A stretch of 64,000 nt of DNA, from contig NC_058383.1 in assembly GCF_018350175.1 (NCBI RefSeq), positions 9,116,001-9,180,000 of the forward strand, given 5' to 3'. The position numbers were made by a program, and so were the translations under genes. The notes under the pieces were generated by a model. It searched no databases, was not told the origin of the DNA, and saw nothing but the letters and a program-made list of their open reading frames with translations. Positions 55,440 through 64,000 of this stretch are shown one piece after another. Position 1 is the stretch's first letter, and each line of letters opens with the position of its first letter. This DNA comes from Felis catus (lineage: Eukaryota).

Positions 55440-56350
55440 ATGGTTGGTCAACAAAAGACGTCTTTAAGTAGAATGACCCATTACAAGCTAGAAGAAAATA
55501 CTCACAATATGAACAAAGGACCGAAATCAAGAACATATAAAGAACTCTTACAACCAGTAAATAATAAAAAGTTGGCAAAAATCATAAGCAAATACTTCAC
55601 AGGAAACACACATGCCAATAAGCTCATGAAGAGATATTCAATGTCAGGGCTCAGGAACATAGAAATCAAGATCCCAACGTTCCCATTTTATATCCATTCA
55701 ATCAGGAAAAGTGAAGTCTGCCTATAGTGAGTGTTGGCAAAAACGTGAAGCAACTGAGTCCCATGCGCTGGTGCTGAGGGAGTGGATACTGGTAGGACCA
55801 CTTCAGAAAACAGTCTGGCTACATCTATGAAAGTTGCACATGATGGATGACCCAGCAAAATATCACCCCTAAATTCATACCCAAGAAAACCTCTTGCACC
55901 TGTACTACAGACATGTATGGGGATGTTCAGAGCAGCACATTTGTAACAGCAAAAATCTGGAAACAACTAAGTGCCCATCAGTGGAAGATTAGATACATAA
56001 GCTGTGGTGTGTTCACGGTTCTTCAGTAGTGAATACGAATGAATCAGAAGACATGCAATAAGATGGGAAATCTTAGCAACGTTTTCTTACTTTCCTCAGA
56101 AACACATAAAACTACATGAGCATGAAAGCGAGGGGAAAATGGTTATCTCAGGATGGGGAGAATGATAAATTGACTACAGGTAAACTTTCGTTTCAAGCTT
56201 TTGTTCTGGGTGGGTGGAACGCGGTAACTTACTACATTCCTTACAAATCACTTAGGAAATAAGTAAAAGCAAGCCATGCGTGAACAGTGATGAGCATGTA
56301 TTAATCTAGCTCTGTGTTTACCCAAAGTAGAAATGAAAACCAACACATTT
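55440..56350 (+). mobile_element. Old L1M(E) fragment
   Basis: agaacatataaagaactcttacaa..tgacccagcaa..gcagcacatttgtaacagcaaaaatctggaaacaac. Confidence 0.7.
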
Positions 56351-56450
56351 TAACCCAAGTACCAAGCCCTACCCCTGACACAGGGTTTCTGTGTGGCCCA
56401 TGGCCCCATTCCTGCTGGCCTCTTAGGTACCTTTAATATGTCTGAACCCA

Positions 56451-56650
56451 GGGGCGTCTGGGTGGCTCAGACAGTGAAGCAACCGACTTCAGCTCAGGTC
56501 ATGATCTCATGGTCCGTGGGTTCGAGCCCTGCGTTGGGCTCCGTGCTGACAGCTCAGAGCCTGGAGTTGCTTCGGATTCTCCGTGTCTCCCCCTCTCTCT
56601 GCCCCTCCCCTGCTTGCACTCTCTCTCAAAAATAAACAAACATTAACAAA

Positions 56651-56651
<1 letters not shown>
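56451..56651 (+). mobile_element. SINEC_Fc-type SINE followed by T37
   Basis: TSD TTTAATATG(T/C)CTGAACCCAG encloses both the SINE and the T run. Confidence 0.88.
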
Positions 56652-56692
<41 letters not shown>

Positions 56693-57239
56693 TTTAATAT
56701 GCCTGAACCCAGACTCATCTTCCTTCCTGATTGTCCTTTCCCCCTGGATTCCCTGGCCCCAGGCAGTTATGAGAAAAAGCTGGGTTTCTACATCCTCACA
56801 ACCTTTCCCCTCCAGCCCCGCAGCTGTCACGGCTTCCTTTTTCTCCTCCCTCCTCAGGCCCTGTTGCTTGGGACTTATATGCCTCTCACCCTGATAAGTA
56901 TTCTCTCTGAAGTGGCTTCCCCAAATCTGTCTCTCCTTCTGGTCCACCTGAGAGGCAAGTGCAAGATTGAGCCTCCCGAAGTATACTTCCGGAATAAAGT
57001 TCAAGTTCCTTAGGTTGACACTGAAAGCCCATCACAGTCTGGTCCCTTCCTATCAACTGTATTTGCCAGGGAGCTTCCCTTCAATACCTTACTTTTGTCT
57101 GTGCCTCCCCTTCCCCCAATCCATACCTGCTACCCCCATATACATCCAGTTTTCCCACCTCCATACCTTGGCTCTGTGCAGAATCCCACCCACGTAGCCA
57201 CACGTCCTCACCTTACCCATACTTTCAAGACCCAATTTA

Positions 57240-57461
57240 TTTATTTTTTATTTTTTTAATGTTTATTTATTTTTGAGAGAGAGAGGGGCAGAGAGAAAGC
57301 ACCACCGGGGGAGGGGCAAAAAGAGTGGGAGACAGAAGATCTGAGAGGTGGGCATCACTCTGACAGCAGAGAGCCCAACGTGGGGCTCGAACTCACGAAC
57401 CGTGAGATCATGACCAGAGCTGAAGTCGGACGCTTAACAGACTGAGCCACCCAGGCGCCCC
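57240..57461 (-). mobile_element. CAN-SINE
   Basis: TSD GACCCAATTTA. Confidence 0.88.
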
Positions 57462-58493
57462 AGGACCCAATTTAAACAGCACCTCCAAGATGCCTCGATG
57501 TGCCCGACTGAAAGAAAACACCCGCTTATCAACTTCCACAGCACCTGTCTGCCCTCCATAGTTCTCTACATCCATTCTATCTCTCCAAGGAGACTATGAG
57601 CAAACTGAGGGCCACATCTCATGGCATAAGGAAACAGTCACAAAGAGAATAACCCAGTCGAATCCATCCCATACTTTCCAGCTAGTGTGCTCATCTAAAA
57701 TGCCTCTTCTGCTAAAATCCTGCTCCCCGGAGCCTTGGCAGGGCCCCCAAAACCCTCCGCGCTCAGCCCTCTCCCTACTTCACCAGCTTCCTCTACCCCA
57801 CACCCATCCCTTGTTGCTTCTGCCACAGGGAGCTCCTTACAGGGGCCCAGGCACACCAGGCAACTTCTGGACTCTGCAGACGTCAACTCCTCTGTGGGGC
57901 TTCTTCCCTCCTTTCCAAGTCCTACTCCTCCTCCACGACTCACCTTAGTTTTCCTCTTCCCTCCTACCCCTTCCTGGACAAACAGGGTCGGGGGGTTGGG
58001 GTCCTGCCCTGCGACTCCCCCCTCTCCCCCTCCGCCTCAACACATATCGCACCAACAACACCTTGCCACTGCCTGTGGTTCGTCTGTCTCTTCCACCAAA
58101 CCGTGCGTTCCCGGGTGACAGAAAGAACCGTTGCCCACCAGTGGACCCCAGCACTGGGCATGGGCCTTGACACAAAAGAGGTACCCAGTTTTGTTTGTGC
58201 AGGAAAAAAAAAAAGAGAGACATAAACATTTCCAGGTCAGATGCAGAAAACATGACTTGTGTCCTTCATCCCATAAAGCATGCCCTAATGGAAACCACGT
58301 GGAAAGTATCCTCTAAGACTGGTTAAACAGGAGAAGCCCTTGGCAAGAAAGCACTTGAATTTATTTGAAGACAGTTGGCAATCAACTATCAACTCCCAAG
58401 GCTGACTTTTCATCCCGGAGACCTCAAAGTCCAGCCTCCCCTACCGAAAACCAGATTGAGAAGGGAGCAATGTAACGTCCCCGGGGCTCTTAC

Positions 58494-58580
58494 CTTTTCT
58501 CTCTGGAGAGCTGGCACAAACTGTCCCTTCTTGATGGAGACAGTAGATCCTTAGGAGGACTGACTTGTTTGAGTTCCCAT
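58494..58580 (-). other. DTX2: DTX2 5' UTR exon (87 nt)
   Basis: T-rich tract + tcaag| acceptor and strong AAG|GTAAGA donor; resembles recalled human DTX2 leader (..GCTCTCCAGAGAGAAAAG). Confidence 0.7.
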
Positions 58581-59379
58581 CTTGATATAAACGCAAACAA
58601 CAAAAGCCGAGCAAATCCGAAAGGCCTGCTGACTCGGCAACACAAATTCCAAGGCACCTTTGCCAACAAGGAAAAAGATGATCAGGTTTTAAATTGAGAA
58701 ACAGCAGTCAGTGAAAGCGAATGCACAGATGTTGGGTCTGTGTGCTGCGGCTGGGGACTGGAAACCACCAGGTTTATTTTCCAACAGCCTGGGCAGGGCA
58801 GAAGGTACAACAGTCTCCCTCCACCCACTCAGTCATCAAGGGAACGGTGGAAACAAACAAACAAACACACAAACAAACACCTCAGCAATTTCATGAAAAG
58901 GCCTAAACGGACTCCATAAGCCGCTCTGCAGTGATAAGTATCCAGAAAATTAACACACCAGAGAGGGTGAAAGTTTGGCCAAGGTCACACAGCAAAAGAA
59001 CAAGAGGCCTAGTTACAGCTACCCTGATGGTAAAGCCTGATGTTGGCTTCATCAGAAAGTTCACCTTCCAGAACTCCAGAGGAGCTAGGACGGCAGGCAG
59101 AAATATTCGGAGTTCATTCTTAAGGGGCCAAGCGCCCGTGCACACACCATTTCCATTGTTACTGGCACTTAGGGAAGTGGAACCAGTGTGGAGGGGAGCA
59201 GCTGGCTTGAGGGGAGGGGGGCGGACGGAAGGCCAGCTTCAGAAAAGAAGGTCTTCTAAATCCTCCTCCACATACAGTATGCACCCCTCAAAAGTAACCC
59301 AGGGCCCCAGCAAACTCCTGTTTCCTGGAGGGCGACCCCTACTTGAGGCGAGGGAAGCAGAGTTACGGGGCAAAAACTC

Positions 59380-60085
59380 TTTCAAAGTACGGCCCCGGGC
59401 TCCAGCGAAGTCGTCCACCTGAAGGCAGACCCCGGACCCCGGGAGAATCCACGCCCTCACCGCGTAGCCCGGTGACAAGGCCACCCCCGCCTCCTCCCGG
59501 TCCTGTGGGGAGGGGTACCCACCTCGCGACGGCCCCAAACTCCCAGGGTCTGCGCCCCTCCCCCTGCTAGCCCTTCGGCTTCCACCCGGCGTTCACCCTC
59601 GCACCCGGCACCCAGTCCCGTCCTAAGCTGCCCGCGCCTCCGATTTCCCCGACGCGGCGGCCCGTCCTCCCAATCCCCCCCGGACCTCACCCCGGGGCTC
59701 TTCCCCGGCCCGGCCCTCCCTCACTCGCACGCCCGCCCCCTTCCGGTCCCAGCTCGGCTCGCCCCCCGTCCTCTCCACCCCCCCCCCCCCACCCCGCGTC
59801 CCCGGGACCCCAGCTATGACGACAAGCAGGTGGCCTGCCCGCCCCTCTCACCGAGGCTGAGGAAGGCGAGGGGGCAGGCTGAGGGCACCGCCGCGCTCGG
59901 GCTACAGCTGGGGTTCGGCCTGGGCACCGCTCCCGCTGAAGCTCCGACTCTGAGGAGGCAGCCAGAGTGAAACTCGGCGTCGCAGCTTCCTAGCGCCCCG
60001 GTGCGCATGCCCAGGACGCGGGGCCTTCTGGGAAATGTAGTTCCGTGGGTTGGGGGCGGGGCGGGGCCCAACCCGTCGCGCACCT
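59380..60085. promoter_or_regulatory. CpG-island promoter of DTX2
   Basis: Dense CpG/GC. NRF1-like TGCGCATGCC at 60002-60011; ZNF143/ACTACA-type GGAACTACATTTCCCAGAAGGCC (minus, 60022-60044); tandem GC boxes at 60052-60066; ETS ACCGGAAG (minus, 59740-59747). Confidence 0.88.
59852..59995 (-). other. DTX2: Probable DTX2 first exon (non-coding); TSS approximate
   Basis: Inside the CpG island, directly below promoter motifs; donor CG|GTGAGA at 59851. Confidence 0.55.
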
Positions 60086-60104
60086 GTTCAGGTATATCTA
60101 TTCC

Positions 60105-60820
60105 TCCTCAGTCTGTTCACTCACTGACTTCGTTAACTTACTGACTCGTTTTAGGTACTTTTTAACCGATACGTAGGTGATGTCAGGCCCTGTGCTGGGC
60201 ACCAGGGATTAAAACGTGAGTTATGAACTTGGTTTTTCTCCTGGGAGAGCTTCGTATCTATTTGGGGAGACAGATACTCAAACATAGAATTACAGTACAG
60301 TGGGACAAATGGGAGTTTGAACACAGGAGTTGGAGCGCAGAAGGGTGTGCTTAATTTGAGAGGGGGTGTCAGGAAGACATCACAAAGCGGTGTTGCATGA
60401 ATTGGATTTTGAAGCATATTATAGGGGTTTGCCAGATGGAGTACAGAGAAGTTCTTGCAAAGGAGGAGACGTGTGAAAGTGCCTGACACAATCGGGAAGC
60501 AGTGAAATGTTCTCTGTGGTCAGGGCAAAGGGTATATGGAGGGGCTGAGGACAGAGAAAATAGATTAGGGTGTGTCAGAACAGGAGTGTGGGGAGCAGGC
60601 TGGGTAAGATTATGATCGTCTTTAAATGCCATGCAAGGAATTTAGGCAGCTGGAACCAATAGAAAGATTCAAAGCAAGGGGATGACAGTCAGCATTGCAC
60701 TTTAGAAGGATACCGTATGCGGTAGGTAGAGGATAGGTTAAAGGGACAGAGAAAAGAGCTAGGAGACCAGTTTGGTGGACATTGCTGTCCAGATAGAAGG
60801 TGATAAGGCCTGAACCAGGT
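60105..60820 (-). mobile_element. L2 LINE fragment immediately upstream of the DTX2 promoter
   Basis: tgtcaggccctgtgctgggcaccaggg..ggggagacagata..gcattgcactttagaaggat..aaggcctgaacc. Confidence 0.65.
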
Positions 60821-61399
60821 TGGAGACTGCCCTTCTGGGATCACAGACTTCCCTTTCAAAGCTAAAGAAAGCTATTCCCAAAATATGCTCAGACGTACAT
60901 GCTCACACACACCTACACACATGTTACATGTATAATCTTGCACACAGGTTCAGGGGGTTCAGAGTTCTCTGAATCTTGGACTCTAGTTGAGTAGAGTCCC
61001 TCGCACTAATGCCCCTCACATTTCATCAGGGATTTCAGAAAGAGACGCTCCCCTAACTCCCCCATCATTCAGTTCAAAACTTCATTTTATAGAAGAGGAA
61101 GCTGAGGCCCAGAGAGGAGGGGAAGGAGTGCCTGTGGCCCCACTTCTGGTACCCTAGGCCAGGACTCTTTATGACCCAGGACCTGACTTACAGGACACAG
61201 GCCTTGAGTTTGGGGACACACCAAAGTCAGGTTCTCCCAATTACACCCAGAGCTAGCCCTCTTTCTAGAACTGAAGGGTAACTTTCTAGTTGTGATTTAT
61301 ACTATGTGACTGCAGTGGCTACAGATTAGGATGCGAACATTTCCCCTCTTCTTTCAGAATCAGTTTTCTCAGCCATCACCATCTACACCAAACATTTCT

Positions 61400-61621
61400 T
61401 TTAAAAAAAATTTTTTTTTACGTTTATTTATTTTTGAAAGTGAGAGAGACACAATGCAAGCAGGGGAAGGGGCAGAGAGAAAAGGAGACACAGAATCCAA
61501 AGCAGGGTCCAGGCTCTCAGCTGTCAGCACACAGCCCAATGTGAGGCTCGAACCCATGAATGGTGAGATCATGACCTGAGCTGAAGTCAGACGCTCAACT
61601 GGCTGAGCCACCCAGGCACCC
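61400..61621 (-). mobile_element. SINEC_Fc-type SINE
   Basis: 17-bp TSD CTACACCAAACATTTCT. Confidence 0.9.
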
Positions 61622-61729
61622 CTACACCAAACATTTCTAAAGCACTTAGTATGTGCCAAACACTTGGCATGCATCACTTCATTAAAGCCCCTCAATGAGG
61701 TAGGTATTATCATTCTCCCCATGTTATTT

Positions 61730-61832
61730 ATTTTTTAAGTGGGCTCCATGCCATGGAAGGGGTGGGGCTTGAACTCACAACCCTGAGATCAAGAGTCGCA
61801 TGCTCTACCAAGTGAGCCAGCCAGATGCCCCC
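61730..61832 (-). mobile_element. Short CAN-SINE within a MIR
   Basis: gtggggcttgaactcacaaccctgagatcaagagtc; MIR flanks (ccccatttt..ggtcacacagc). Confidence 0.7.
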
Positions 61833-64000
61833 TCGTTATCCCCATTTTAAAGATGGGGCCGCTGAGACACAGTTTAAGCGATGTGTCTAAGGTCACACAG
61901 CCAGCAACTGGCAGAGCTGGTCTTAAAATCAAGGTGGCATCTAACTCCAGATTGAGCACCCCTATATGAGTGGCCTCACTGGTGGGAGGGTGGTACAAGG
62001 TGAAACGGTCTGAAGCATTAGAAAAGCCTTTCAACACTCAAAAGATATTTTCTTAAGTGCTTCCTTTTTCCTCAGTGAAATGCTTGCCTGATATTGTCCA
62101 AAAGTCCCACTGCACACACACCTACAGGCTCAAACAGAACTGTGGTGGCAGGCCGGGCTGGAAAGGTTCTGGAACCTAGGCTCCGGAGAGGGGACGACAT
62201 CTCAACTCAGAGAGCAGGAGGAGCCAGAGCGCTGAGGAAGGCTTGATGGGGCTGCCCAGGTTGGGGACCAGTGTGGGAACCAGAGGGAAAGCCAGGGTAG
62301 GGAAGCTTCACAGAGGACACAACCTGGAAGGCTGGGTGCGTGGGGTGGCTTCCCATGAGGTAGAGGACACTAGAAGTGTGGCGGGGGGTGTCCGGTCAAC
62401 AAGGTGAGGGGGAGGTAGGGAGACCGGCAAGAACAGCCAGATGGGAGGTTCTGGAGCCGCCTGGGTAGAGGCAAGGGCTGGGGAGTCACCGGCAATGAGA
62501 CTGAGATCACGTGGAAAGACCTCAGAAGATAAGCAAGGTTAGTCCGAGGCTAAGGAACACTGACCTTTGAAGGACAGGTGAAACATAGAAGTGTCTGAAG
62601 GGAGGCTGGACTGGGGCGAGCCTGGTGAATCAGAGAATCAAGGGGAGTGTCCCATGGAGGTGGTACTCAGTGGTGACAGATGCTTCTGAGAGGCCCAACA
62701 AGGTGGCCGGCTGGGAGGCAAGACTATACCAGAACCGAGGGCTCCTGTCTCCCAGCTCTGGGCTCTCTCACCTTGCGGGCTCCAGGAAACGCCCCAAACT
62801 TCCAACTTAACTACACAGAGGCCACTGGTGTGTCCCTCGTGGTTTCCGTTGAGAAGCAGAGGCCTGAGCACAGAGATGCACATAGGTGTGTGTGCTTGGG
62901 AAGGTTGGGAAGGTTCCAAAAACAGTCTTTGTGTTCCACGCATGGGGGCGGGGGGAGGATAAACCCACACGTGTGGAATGAGGCTACTTACATAAGGTTG
63001 CCCACGGCTGTGTGTGCCTAGAAGGACGCTAGACAACACGGTGAAGTCTGAGAGGCAGGATAGCAGGTGATTTTCACTTTCTTTGTACTTTTCTTGCCCC
63101 ATTTGAGTGTGTCCCAATGAATGGTTTCCTTTTTTGTAACCTGAAAAGAAAGACTATTTTTATTTGGGGAAAATAGAGAGTTCTGGTAGTGAAAAAGCAG
63201 CAAAATAGGGCAGCAGCAAGAGGGAGCATGTGCGGGGGCACGGACTTTTAATTTTTAGGCAGGACAGAGCGAGTGTGCTGTGTTCTGAGACTGCAGCAGG
63301 ATGGCCCTCGGGAAGCTGGAAATGAGGGGCCCGGGATCGGCCACTTGCAAACTGAACTTGAAACCAACATAGTAGCAAAGGATCCGCAGCAACTAGGAGA
63401 GGGCGGGTTAAATGACCTTGGAACACTAGTTAAGAAGAATGAGGAAGATGCACAGGTACTAAGGGAACAATGGCCAAAGTCTAGGGTTAAGCAAAAAAGA
63501 CACTTTCACAGCATACGGAACATGCACCTATTTGTGGTTTTGGTTTGGAAAATGTGAACACACCTCCCTCCCCCTCCACACACACAGTAGGGCAGGTTAG
63601 GTATGCCTGGCACAAAGGGCACATAGGGGTGAAAGGGGACGGAAACATTCCTGGCATGGGCTCTTTGTCCTCACAAAAATCATCTGCCCCGAAGGGAAGC
63701 TTTGTGTGTGTGTTTTAACATCTCAAATGGAGCTTGCTCGCAGGCTTCCGAAGGCTCCCTAGCAACTAAGAATGAATGGCGTGGCCCAAGAAAGAATGTG
63801 GCTGTTGGCCACGGAATGGGGAGTGATGGTGGCCAAAGAAACTCTTTTTTTTTTCCCCCAAAAGTCCTTAGACTCCATTCCAGGTGCCAGGATTTACTGC
63901 TTCCGAAGGTTCCTATCCTGGAACAGCCCCAGCTCACTCGGGAGCAAGAAAAGATCCATGACATAGGGGCCCAGCATCACCGCTCAGGGACTCAAGCACT

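Noticed and set aside
55167..55727. 186-aa ORF
   Set aside because: Runs through a SINE and a degenerate L1 fragment.
62340..62710. Purine-rich exon-like stretch with an AAG|GTTAGT donor
   Set aside because: Resembles degenerate L2 sequence, so I left it out of the candidate exon chain.
60100..64000. Expected neighbour ZP3 upstream of DTX2
   Set aside because: I recognised no ZP3 exon peptide; it presumably lies beyond the window.

Overview
Mammalian genomic DNA, almost certainly a felid, judging by about 25 tRNA-derived carnivore SINEs of SINEC_Fc type. It contains three complete multi-exon protein-coding genes, all on the minus strand and in tandem. (1) DTX2, the WWE/RING-H2/DTC E3 ligase: CpG-island promoter at ~59.4-60.1 kb, 9 coding exons at 24841-47295, 619 aa. 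(2) UPK3B: 6 coding exons at 18624-22392, 281 aa. (3) Its paralog UPK3BL (uroplakin 3B-like/UPK3C): 6 coding exons at 900-5054, 253 aa. I assembled the exons by hand; all have GT-AG boundaries, consistent phases and a downstream AATAAA. The rest is intronic/intergenic sequence with SINEs, L1/L2/MIR, MLT1, MER21, MER20, MER58 and microsatellites. I found no convincing new biological system. The best leads are: an in-frame, stop-free UPK3B intron 1; two uORFs in the DTX2 leader; RBFOX motifs on the DTX2 cassette exon; correlated loss of a Cys pair in UPK3BL; an extended CTCF site; the UPK3B-UPK3BL spacer as a likely hominid rearrangement breakpoint; and a speculative plus-strand exon chain upstream of DTX2. 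Comparisons to human and mouse sequences are from memory and need alignment.
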